From positions 12,618-76,617 of the forward strand of contig JBBIPC010000009.1 in the NCBI GenBank assembly GCA_037443035.1: 64,000 nucleotides of DNA, read 5' to 3'. The stretch is from Chthonomonadales bacterium (GTDB lineage Bacteria > Armatimonadota > Chthonomonadetes > Chthonomonadales > CAJBBX01). A program made the position numbers and the translations under genes. The notes beneath the pieces were generated by a model that did no database searches, was not told the origin of the DNA, and saw nothing but the letters and a program-made list of their open reading frames with translations. Positions 41,609 through 50,073 of this stretch are shown here, one piece after another (positions within the stretch are counted from its first letter, which is position 1; every line of letters starts with the position of its first letter).

Positions 41609-42202
41609 CTACTGTCTGCTTCGAGCCTCTTCCGCAGCCGCCACGGGCCCATTGAAACGGCTCATGGCGATCTCGAAGCCCTCACTCAGCGCCGTCTCGA
41701 TGGCGTCTGCCGCAATCTCTATCATCGCCTCTACGACCGGCTCTTCCTCGCGACCGAATCGGCTCAAGACATGCGCCACCAGGTCGGCGTTACCACCGCT
41801 ACCGATACCGAGCCTGAAGCGGCGATACTCCTGCGTGCCCAAGTGCTCCTCGATGGACTCCAAGCCGTGATGCCCACCGGATGTCCCCTTCAACCGGAGA
41901 CGGAGGGTTCCGAGCGGCAGTGCGGCATCATCGAGAACGACCCACACCTGCGGCGGCTCCAGGCTGTAGTACCGTGACAGACTCGCCACGGGTTCGCCCG
42001 ACAAGTTCATGTACGTGACAGGCTTGGCAAGCATAACCCGATGCCCACCGACTGTGCCTGAACCGACCAAGGCTCGGTGCGAGAGGCGGTTTATCGAGAT
42101 GCCATGACGCGCCGCTAGACAGTCGACGACGGCGTACCCGACATTGTGCCTGGTACCTGCATACCGTTCGCCCGGATTGCCAAGCCCAACGATGAGGTAC
42201 AC
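41609..42202 (-). CDS. pth: Peptidyl-tRNA hydrolase
   Basis: IVGLGNPG, TRHNVG, KPVTYMNLSG, GGHHGL, RLGIG; SD AGGAG before GTG 42202. Confidence 0.95.
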   Translation of the reverse strand: MYLIVGLGNPGERYAGTRHNVGYAVVDCLAARHGISINRLSHRALVGSGTVGGHRVMLAKPVTYMNLSGEPVASLSRYYSLEPPQVWVVLDDAALPLGTLRLRLKGTSGGHHGLESIEEHLGTQEYRRFRLGIGSGGNADLVAHVLSRFGREEEPVVEAMIEIAADAIETALSEGFEIAMSRFNGPVAAAEEARSRQ

Positions 42203-42236
42203 GACCGAGGCTCCTGAGTCCGCAGCGTTGAGGCCC

Positions 42237-42288
42237 ATTATACCTTCGCGCTGTCGACCGTGGCTCGCTCGAGGCTTACTGCTATAAT
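42237..42288. promoter_or_regulatory. Divergent sigma70-type -10 elements for pth (minus) and the GT2 operon (plus)
   Basis: TATAAT on minus (42242-42237); extended TGcTATAAT on plus (42280-42288). Confidence 0.55.
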
Positions 42289-42314
42289 GGGATGATGGGT
42301 TCTTCGATACTTGC

Positions 42315-43103
42315 ATGGAGAGACCTCTGAGCGCACTGCAACCGAACTTAGCGGATGACGGGCCGTTCTTGACCGTCGTCGTGCCCGCCTACAACGAAGC
42401 CAAGCGCATCGGCACCTCACTGGAGCGCATCCGCGCGTATCTGTCGCGGAAGGATTATCCCTGGGAGATTCTGGTGGTCGATGACGGGAGCAGCGACGAG
42501 ACGAACGCTATCGTTGCAAGGGTACTGGCTGACTGCAACGGAAAGGTGCTGCGGTATGCACCGAACCGTGGCAAGGGCCATGCCGTCCGCTATGGGATGC
42601 TCCGTGCGTCTGGGCGTCTTGTGCTGTTCTCCGATGCCGACTTGGCCACGCCAATCGAGGAGCTCGACACACTGCAGAAGGCCATCGAGAACGGGGCAGA
42701 TGTCGCCATCGGGTCCAGAGATGTGCCAGGAGCGCGTCTGGAGCGGCGCCAGTCGCTGATTCGCGAACTGGGTGGAAAGTTGTTCAATCGCTGCGTGCAG
42801 TTGTTCGCGGTACCTGGCATTCGGGATACCCAGTGTGGATTCAAACTGTTCACGAGCGAGGCTGCCGCCAACATCTTCAGCCTCTGTACGATAGACAACT
42901 TCTCGTTCGATGTCGAGGTGCTCTACCTTGCCCGTCGGCTCGGCTATCGTATTGCGGAGGTGCCCGTCACCTGGCGCCATCAAGAGGGAAGCAAGGTGCG
43001 GTTGTGGCGTGATGCACCACGCATGCTGCGCACCCTCATGCGCATCCGCATGACGCGCTATCCCGTTGCCGCTGCAGTGCGACGGACGTCGGTGATCCCC
43101 TAG
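42315..43103 (+). CDS. GT2 glycosyltransferase (polyprenol-phosphate glycosyltransferase-like)
   Basis: VPAYNE, VDDGSSD, NRGKG, DAD, IGSR, DTQCGFK, FDVE. Confidence 0.92.
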   Translation: MERPLSALQPNLADDGPFLTVVVPAYNEAKRIGTSLERIRAYLSRKDYPWEILVVDDGSSDETNAIVARVLADCNGKVLRYAPNRGKGHAVRYGMLRASGRLVLFSDADLATPIEELDTLQKAIENGADVAIGSRDVPGARLERRQSLIRELGGKLFNRCVQLFAVPGIRDTQCGFKLFTSEAAANIFSLCTIDNFSFDVEVLYLARRLGYRIAEVPVTWRHQEGSKVRLWRDAPRMLRTLMRIRMTRYPVAAAVRRTSVIP

Positions 43104-43124
43104 TCCAGCGCTCCCACTGCCTGC

Positions 43125-43859
43125 ATGAACCCGGCTGAATATGAGCGGATGTATGCCCAGGAGGACACCTACTGGTGGTTCGTGGGGCGCCGACGGCTCA
43201 TTCTCGGCCTCATGCAGCGTCAGTTTCCCGACAGAAGCGACTTGCGCATCCTCGATGTCGGTTGCGGTACCGGCGCCATGTCGAGTGCCATGCGTGGCCT
43301 CGGTACAGTCACGTCGGCCGATATGAGCCCCCTCGCTCTGCGGTTCAGCAGCCGACGAGGACTCGACCGTCTCTGTTGCGCCGACGGCGTCAGGCTTCCA
43401 TTCCGCAGCCGGACCTTTGACGCCGTCGTGGCGCTGGATCTCATCGAACACATTCCCGAGGACTTCGCTGCAGTCGAGGAGTTCCGGCGTGTGCTCAGGC
43501 CAGGGGGTTGTCTCTTCGCCACGGTGCCCGCCTACCAGTTTCTCTGGAGCGGCCATGACCTCGCCCTCATGCACCAGCGGCGCTACACCACAGCCCAGTT
43601 CAGGCGGTTGGTGTCCCAAGCCGGACTGAACGTACTACGCCTCAGCTATGCTATGACTGCGCTCTTTCCGCTTGTGTGGCTCGTACGTCTTCGGGAGCGC
43701 CGCATGCAGGAGCCTCGCTCCAGCATCCGTCCGTTACCGCGCCCGCTGAATACCGCGCTCACCGCTGTCCTTGCAGCAGAGAATGCCTGGCTACGCCACT
43801 TCGACTTGCCATTCGGCGTATCCGTCCTGTGCGTTGCCCGCCGGGAGGACGACTCATGA
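43125..43859 (+). CDS. Class I SAM-dependent methyltransferase
   Basis: EDTYWWF, LDVGCGTG, LDLIEH, HQRRY. Confidence 0.88.
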   Translation: MNPAEYERMYAQEDTYWWFVGRRRLILGLMQRQFPDRSDLRILDVGCGTGAMSSAMRGLGTVTSADMSPLALRFSSRRGLDRLCCADGVRLPFRSRTFDAVVALDLIEHIPEDFAAVEEFRRVLRPGGCLFATVPAYQFLWSGHDLALMHQRRYTTAQFRRLVSQAGLNVLRLSYAMTALFPLVWLVRLRERRMQEPRSSIRPLPRPLNTALTAVLAAENAWLRHFDLPFGVSVLCVARREDDS

Positions 43860-44719
43860 CGTGGTGGCTGGGGCTGATCGCGGCCGCGACGGTCTCGGTG
43901 GCCTATGCTCTTTGGCGTCACATGCGGCGCATCGAACCGGAGCGAATCGAGATCGTGCGGAGGGACGTCGAGTCCACCACGCTCCCCCCGGAACTGGACG
44001 GCCTGGTCCTCTGTCACATCTCCGACACTCATATCACTCAGGACCCCCGCAACAGCCAATCCGTCGCCGATGCGATTGCGGCCGTAGACGCGGATCTGTT
44101 CGTGCTGACAGGCGACCTGATCCACGGCCCGAAAGGTGTGGATTGCCTCATCCGATGGCTCGACGGTCTGCCTCGTCCGCTGTCGCCTGCCGTGGCCGTT
44201 TTCGGGAATGCGGAGCACAAGCGGCGCATCAACTCCCGGCACTTGCGAGAACTTCTGGAGGACCGAGGAATCCGCGTTCTCGTAAACGAAGCCATGCAAC
44301 TTCCTTTGCGCGGTGGCGTTCTGCAGATCGTCGGTCTAGACGACCCGCACACCGGTCGAAGCAAGCCGGCATCCGCTTATGCCCACGCCGATCCTCAGCT
44401 CTGGACGCTCGTCCTAGTCCATTCGCCGGAGGGGGTGCTGGGTCTGGATGGAAGACGCGCGGATCTGGTACTCGCGGGTCATACACACGGGGGCCAGATC
44501 CTGCTCCCGGGTGTCGGTTGGGTGTCTGACAACACCCACAACAGGGTGGGCCTGATCTCAGGCTACTACAGCGCCCAGGATCTTGCGATTCGCGCCGGCC
44601 TGCATCGTCCGCCGGAGGCGCTCTATGTGTCGCGAGGACTGGGCACGTCAGGCTGGCCTATCCGTCTGCGATGCCGTCCGGAACTCCCGCTGCTGACGCT
44701 GCGCCGTCGTGCTAGCTAG
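43856..44719 (+). CDS. Membrane-anchored metallophosphoesterase (YkuE-like)
   Basis: HISDTH, LTGD, GNAEH, VHSP, GHTHGGQ, SRGLG; ATGA overlap with the previous gene. Confidence 0.88.
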   Translation: MTWWLGLIAAATVSVAYALWRHMRRIEPERIEIVRRDVESTTLPPELDGLVLCHISDTHITQDPRNSQSVADAIAAVDADLFVLTGDLIHGPKGVDCLIRWLDGLPRPLSPAVAVFGNAEHKRRINSRHLRELLEDRGIRVLVNEAMQLPLRGGVLQIVGLDDPHTGRSKPASAYAHADPQLWTLVLVHSPEGVLGLDGRRADLVLAGHTHGGQILLPGVGWVSDNTHNRVGLISGYYSAQDLAIRAGLHRPPEALYVSRGLGTSGWPIRLRCRPELPLLTLRRRAS

Positions 44720-45569
44720 CCGCCTCCACAGGGGACACAGCCCTCACCTTACCAGCTTCCCACTGTGCCTTGCCGACGACCGCGTCGGTGATGCCAAGCA
44801 GACGGCGCACCTGTCTCTCGAAGATCTCCGGATCCCCCGTCGTCAGGAGGCGCATCTCGCCCGTCGGGCTGCTCTGGTCCAACACCGTCATGTGACGAAG
44901 CTCGTCCACCATCGCCTGTGCCGGGTCCACGAACACCGGCTCGGTCTCGAAGATGCTATGCGCCTCCTCCTCGAACACTGGCAGCAGCAAGGGGTAATGC
45001 GTACATCCCAGGATGATGGTCGTGCACCCCGCTTCCGCCAGCGGCCGTAAATAGCCCCGGCACCGAGCCTGGATTGTAGCACCGTTCAGCGCACCACTCT
45101 CGATGAGCGGCACGAGATCAGGGCACGGGACCTGGGTCACGACGGCTTCGGGACACAACCGGTGGAGCAGTCTGGGATAAGCTCCACTCGCAACCGTTCC
45201 CCGAGTGGCTAGAACGCCGATTCTCGGTGTCCCGTCATGCGTCGCTTCGAGCGCTGCACGTACCGCAGCCTCGATGACGCCGATAACTGGCGTCGGCCAG
45301 TGCCTTGCACGGGCAGTTTCCAGTGCTGTTGCCGAGGAGATGTTGCACGCCATCACCACCGCACGGCTGCCGACGGATATCAGGAACTGGGTGATGGCCA
45401 GAGCGAAGCCGCGGATTTCCTCGGCGGGTCGGTCACCGTAGGGGACATGCGCCTGGTCAGCGAGGTACAGAATGCGCTGTGACGGGTACTCGCGTCGGAG
45501 CGCCCGCACCACCGTCAGGCCACCCACCCCGGAGTCGAAGAGCCCCACGGGTCCTGCAGGCGATGTCAC
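44712..45569 (-). CDS. murI: Glutamate racemase
   Basis: FDSGVGG, PYG, MACN, ILGCTHYP. Confidence 0.95.
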   Translation of the reverse strand: MTSPAGPVGLFDSGVGGLTVVRALRREYPSQRILYLADQAHVPYGDRPAEEIRGFALAITQFLISVGSRAVVMACNISSATALETARARHWPTPVIGVIEAAVRAALEATHDGTPRIGVLATRGTVASGAYPRLLHRLCPEAVVTQVPCPDLVPLIESGALNGATIQARCRGYLRPLAEAGCTTIILGCTHYPLLLPVFEEEAHSIFETEPVFVDPAQAMVDELRHMTVLDQSSPTGEMRLLTTGDPEIFERQVRRLLGITDAVVGKAQWEAGKVRAVSPVEAAS

Positions 45570-46063
45570 TGCTCGCCGCCCGAGCCTGCGTCACCACCTC
45601 TGACGGGTATCTCGCTCCATTCTCCGCTGTGGGAGCCCTCGAAGACGTTCCCTACCACCAGCACCGTCAGGCTCTTGACCTTGTCGAATGGCCCAAGCGC
45701 CCGACGGAGGGCGTTCTGAGCTTCGGATTCACCGGTCGTACCCGACTCGTTGACCTGCAGAAACTCCTTGCTCAGCTCGACGAGACAGACACCACTCTTC
45801 GTCAGCTCCAAACTCACCAATCGTGTACCTTCTGGTATGGCGCCGCCACGGCTGATGGCAGCCCGAAGAGAGTGAGCGAGATCCATGCAGTCGCTCTGAA
45901 CTTGTGCGCCATCGTCCATGGCCGTGACTTTCACTTGGCGGCGTTCCTCTTCTACGGGGCGGCCAGGTGGTGGAGGTGCGGATGGTGCATAGGTCTGGTA
46001 CGCCCACCATGCACCGAGACCGATCATGAGGAGAATCAGGAGCACGACTGCCAGAGCGCGCAA
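45566..46063 (-). CDS. GerMN domain protein
   Basis: N-terminal TM; IPEGTRL, VELSKEF, GTTGE; lies between amidase and murI. Confidence 0.75.
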   Translation of the reverse strand: MRALAVVLLILLMIGLGAWWAYQTYAPSAPPPPGRPVEEERRQVKVTAMDDGAQVQSDCMDLAHSLRAAISRGGAIPEGTRLVSLELTKSGVCLVELSKEFLQVNESGTTGESEAQNALRRALGPFDKVKSLTVLVVGNVFEGSHSGEWSEIPVRGGDAGSGGEQ

Positions 46064-46065
46064 CG

Positions 46066-47850
46066 TCAGTCTCCCTCCAGCGGCGGTGGTTCTACGGCCG
46101 GCAGCCTGGCCTCGACGTAGGCCCGAATGCCCTCTGCGATAGCCCTTGCCACCATATCCTGAAAGTCCGGGCGGACTAGCTTAGCCCTGTCACGTGCGTT
46201 GCTGATGTACGCCACTTCCACCAGGACCGCGGGCATCTCGGCTCGGCGGAGGACTGCCATGCCGGTGACGAATCTCTCCATGTCCGAGCGCGCACCCCGG
46301 TTGGGCAAGCCACCTGCCATGGAGACCGTCTGGGCCAGCACATACGCCAGCGCACGGCTGTTTTCATCCGAGCCATGATAGTAGACCGTAGTGCCCGATG
46401 CATTGGGATTGCCTGGGGCGTCATCCACATGAATACTCACGAAGAGGTCCGCCAGGTTGTTGTTAGCGAGTTCTGGTCGCGCAGCCAGGCTAACAGCACT
46501 GTCGTCTGTCCGCGTCATGATGACGTTGATGCCCATGGCGCGGAGGCGATCGTAGACCTTGCGAGCCATGCTCAGAGTGAGCGCCTTCTCGTAAACGCGC
46601 CGGCCTTCGTGCATCGCAGAACAACCGGTCGCGGCAGGACCGCCGTGTCCAGGATCGATGACGACCGTCATCTCTTCGAGGCGCCGGCCTGCCAAGCGCG
46701 GAAGGCGGAGCGCGATCTCGAACCCGTCCGGCATGTCGGGTCGAACACGGTAGGTCACCAGACGCGACAGCTTCACCAAGAGTCTGGTGAGGCCAGGCGC
46801 CGCTTCGCTGATCGCTCGCACACCGACGACGAGGGGATGGCCGAAAGCCCATTCGGTCGTCATAGTCTCCAACACCGCGTTGGGAATATCCACCACCAAC
46901 ATCGGTTCGCCCTTGGCCATGGCGACACGCGGGGCGATCGAGCTGTCCGCAAGGACGCGGAGGCGCGCCTGGTCCGGGTCTACAGCTTCGCAGACGATGT
47001 CTCGAATGTGCGTTGAAGGCGCTCCCGTGGACCGCGTCGTGGTACCCCGTGATGCTATCCCGCGATCCCGTTCGCCCGTCCGCACCGGAGGTTGTTGCGC
47101 TGCTGGGCGCGATGGCGCGCCTTCGACAGGGTCTGGCGTCTGGACCGCTCCAGTAGCACCAGCTTCGATCTCCGTCTTGCCTTTCGCATCGGGACTACGC
47201 TCCGCAGATTCACTCCGGCTCGCCGCGCGCTCGGGAGCTTCGCCGGTCTTCTCGGGTCTGGTCAGCTCGGTGGCCGCTGCTTTCGGTCCCGATGCTTTCC
47301 TCGCACCGCCCGGTCTCCTGCCAGAATCCGGTTCGGAGCTCCTCGCTTCCCGTTTCGCGCCAGCCGGCTTGGCGTTGCCGTCTGCACGTTGTGGAGGCGC
47401 TGCTTGGCTTCGAGTCTCCGACGATGTGGGTTTCGTACTGCCTTCGGACTTCGGCGGAGACGGCAAGGGTAGTCGTTCCGTACGAAGATCGCAAATGTCC
47501 CCTCGTACGGTGTACGTCACATCCAGCATGCCGGCCACATCGTCTAGCGCAACCATGAGGACGCCGCCAAGGCGGGTGAGTGCCACCTCCCGCACAGCGC
47601 CGCTGGCGCCCCGCACCTCGCCGGAGTCTTGTTTGGGGCTGACGGCAACACTACCTTTCAGGGCACGCACAACATCGAGAGGTACGAAGAGTTCCTTCCC
47701 GTCGTATCGGCCGACGGGATTGCCGGCAAGCGGCTTGCCGTCTAGCTGGATCCGGACAGTCGCCAACTCGCGGCACCATCCGTTGGTGACACCCAGCACC
47801 AGTAGGAAACTGACCGAGAGCCACCCGTGTCTGCGAAACGGTCCACCCAT
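46066..47850 (-). CDS. N-acetylmuramoyl-L-alanine amidase (Amidase_3) with low-complexity linker and AMIN-like domain
   Basis: IDPGHGG, EK, MTRTDD, FVSIH, LVEVAY; signal-like N-terminus; start uncertain (47850, 47856 or 47889). Confidence 0.9.
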   Translation of the reverse strand: MGGPFRRHGWLSVSFLLVLGVTNGWCRELATVRIQLDGKPLAGNPVGRYDGKELFVPLDVVRALKGSVAVSPKQDSGEVRGASGAVREVALTRLGGVLMVALDDVAGMLDVTYTVRGDICDLRTERLPLPSPPKSEGSTKPTSSETRSQAAPPQRADGNAKPAGAKREARSSEPDSGRRPGGARKASGPKAAATELTRPEKTGEAPERAASRSESAERSPDAKGKTEIEAGATGAVQTPDPVEGAPSRPAAQQPPVRTGERDRGIASRGTTTRSTGAPSTHIRDIVCEAVDPDQARLRVLADSSIAPRVAMAKGEPMLVVDIPNAVLETMTTEWAFGHPLVVGVRAISEAAPGLTRLLVKLSRLVTYRVRPDMPDGFEIALRLPRLAGRRLEEMTVVIDPGHGGPAATGCSAMHEGRRVYEKALTLSMARKVYDRLRAMGINVIMTRTDDSAVSLAARPELANNNLADLFVSIHVDDAPGNPNASGTTVYYHGSDENSRALAYVLAQTVSMAGGLPNRGARSDMERFVTGMAVLRRAEMPAVLVEVAYISNARDRAKLVRPDFQDMVARAIAEGIRAYVEARLPAVEPPPLEGD

Positions 47851-47906
47851 GTCCATCGCTCCAGCGTGCGTCCTACTGACCCGCGCCACGCTCGAAAGTG
47901 GACACT

Positions 47907-47934
47907 AGAATACCACTTTTCTTCTGCATGTCAA
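47907..47934 (-). promoter_or_regulatory. Sigma70-type promoter of the amidase-GerMN-murI operon
   Basis: TTGACA-16 nt-TATTCT with TG extended -10. Confidence 0.7.
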
Positions 47935-47986
47935 CACTCGGAGACGTAGACGCAAGATTCGCGATGGCTTCTCCACATGGCGATCG

Positions 47987-48928
47987 CTAGGCCCCCGCAC
48001 TCCGCAGCCACGCAATCGTACGGGTCAGTCCTTCTTCCAAAGGCACACTCGCCCGGAATCCGAGCAGTTGTTCGGCAAGCCGCACTGATGCCACCGAATG
48101 CCGAATGTCGCCTGGCCGCGGGTCGGCATGCACTGCGTCGAGCCTGTGTCCGACAAGACCTTGTATCACTCGATGCAACTCCTCCACGGAGATGCCGGCC
48201 CCAGACGCCACGTTCAGCGCATGCCCTACCGCGCCAGGTGCGTCGGCCGCGAGAAGGTTGGCTCGCGCGACTTCTTCCACGAACAGGAAGTCCCTCGTTT
48301 GCTGCCCGTCGCCGTAGATGATGGCCCTCTTGCCGGATAGCATCGCCTGGATGAACTTCGGGATAACGGCGGCATATTCGCTGGCTGGATTCTGGCGGGG
48401 ACCATAGACGTTGAAGTACCGGAGGGACACCGTCTCCAGGCCATACAGCTCGGCGAAAAGGCGGCACACGTGCTCGCCGTAGAGCTTCTCCAGGCCGTAG
48501 GGAGATCCAGGTCTGGTCGGGGCGCTCTCTGTCAGGGGCAGTTCCTGGGGCTCTCCGTAGACCGCAGCAGAAGACGAGAAAACCACGCGCCGAACACCCG
48601 TGTCGCGAGCGGCCAGCAGCACATTCAGCGTACCACCGATATTGATGGCGTCGGCGGTCTGCGGATCGGCAACGGAGCCTGGCACCGAGATGAACGCAGC
48701 GAGATGAAAGACGGTATCGACTCCTTCGAACACACTGCCTACACTCTCCATATCACGGACATCCGCACGGTGCAGCGTTACATCGCCCTTCAGATGTGCC
48801 AGGTTCGCCTCGCTGCCCGTAGATAGATTGTCCAACACCCGGACGCGAAACCCCTTGGCGAGAGCGTGTTCGACCACATGCGAGCCGATGAAGCCGGCCC
48901 CGCCGGTAACCAGGACTGTCCGTGTCAT
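47987..48928 (-). CDS. UDP-sugar 4-epimerase family extended SDR
   Basis: VTGGAGFIG, SSSAAVYG, YGLEK, RYFNVYGPRQ, GDGQQTRDF. Confidence 0.92.
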   Translation of the reverse strand: MTRTVLVTGGAGFIGSHVVEHALAKGFRVRVLDNLSTGSEANLAHLKGDVTLHRADVRDMESVGSVFEGVDTVFHLAAFISVPGSVADPQTADAINIGGTLNVLLAARDTGVRRVVFSSSAAVYGEPQELPLTESAPTRPGSPYGLEKLYGEHVCRLFAELYGLETVSLRYFNVYGPRQNPASEYAAVIPKFIQAMLSGKRAIIYGDGQQTRDFLFVEEVARANLLAADAPGAVGHALNVASGAGISVEELHRVIQGLVGHRLDAVHADPRPGDIRHSVASVRLAEQLLGFRASVPLEEGLTRTIAWLRSAGA

Positions 48929-49047
48929 ACGATTCACTGCCTCCGATGCTGTATCGAGGGGAGCATACCCCGCACCTGCCGCCGCACTCATGCTGTACAT
49001 CTGGGAGCTGGCCCGGTCAGTCACGCGGCGGATGTACAATGTGTAAC

Positions 49048-50031
49048 ATGGAAGATTTCATAGCCACCGAAGAGGATCGTGGTGTGCGAAGCGACGTATT
49101 CGTGGCAAGGCGTCTCCAGCTATCGCGCAGCCAAGCTGCCCGCCTCTTCGCCCTTGGCCATGTGCTGGTCAATGGCGCGGTGAGCAAGCCTGGTCGCGTG
49201 CTCCAGCCAGGGGATGAGGTGCACGTAAGAGCGGAACCACCGGAGCCGCCTTCTCTTCAGCCCGAACCGATGGATCTGGAGGTGCTCTACGAAGACGAGC
49301 ATCTACTGGTGATCAATAAGCCGCGCGGGCTGGTTGTGCATCCTGCGGCCGGCCACTATCATGGAACGCTGGTCCATGCGTTGCTGGCGCGGGTGCCCGC
49401 GTTGTCCAGCATCGGCGCTCCAGATCGACCAGGTATCGTGCACCGGCTGGACATGGATACCTCCGGCCTCATGGTCGTCGCCAAGAGCGACAAGGCGCAC
49501 CGATCGTTGCAGGCACAGATCCAAGCCAGGAAGGCTCGGCGGGAATACGTGGCTATCGTGTGGGGCTGTCCCGCTTTCGAAACCGCAACGATTGACGCCG
49601 CCATCGGCCGGCATCCATCGGACAGAAAGAAGATGGCAGTGCTGCCAGCCGGTGCACCTGGCGCCAAGCCGGCGGTGACAGAACTGGCGGTTCTGGAGCG
49701 CCTGCCCCCGATGAGCGTGGTGGAGGCATCCCTCCGTACCGGCCGTACTCACCAGATTCGCGTTCACTGCGCCTACGCGGGCCATCCGGTCGCAGGCGAT
49801 CCGCTGTACGGTGAGCATGGTCGTCCTTCTGGGCACGGCGTGCTTACACGGGCGGCAGAAGATGCCCTGAGCGCGTTGCGTGGCCAGGCTCTCCACGCTC
49901 GGCACCTTTCCTTCGGACATCCGGTGGATGGACGCCTCATGACCTTCGAAGCGCGGCTTCCTGACGACATGCAGCGGCTTCTTGACGCTCTGCGCAAGCT
50001 TGCCAACGGCAGGAAGAGAAGCGCCATCTGA
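49048..50031 (+). CDS. RluA/RluD family pseudouridine synthase with S4 domain
   Basis: INKPRGLVVHP, GIVHRLDMDTSG, TGRTHQIR, GDPLYG, QALHA. Confidence 0.94.
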   Translation: MEDFIATEEDRGVRSDVFVARRLQLSRSQAARLFALGHVLVNGAVSKPGRVLQPGDEVHVRAEPPEPPSLQPEPMDLEVLYEDEHLLVINKPRGLVVHPAAGHYHGTLVHALLARVPALSSIGAPDRPGIVHRLDMDTSGLMVVAKSDKAHRSLQAQIQARKARREYVAIVWGCPAFETATIDAAIGRHPSDRKKMAVLPAGAPGAKPAVTELAVLERLPPMSVVEASLRTGRTHQIRVHCAYAGHPVAGDPLYGEHGRPSGHGVLTRAAEDALSALRGQALHARHLSFGHPVDGRLMTFEARLPDDMQRLLDALRKLANGRKRSAI

Positions 50032-50073
50032 CGAACACCACCTCAGACAATACGTGGCGAAGGAGGATAGCCA

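Noticed and set aside
41503..41652. N-terminal extension of rsmG across tRNA-Pro
   Set aside because: It is antisense to the tRNA, and RsmG homology begins after ATG 41502 or 41484, so suitable starts exist downstream of the tRNA.
47010..47480. Low-complexity P/S/A/E/K region in the amidase as a repeat element or separate gene
   Set aside because: No nucleotide-level periodicity seen; consistent with an ordinary disordered linker.
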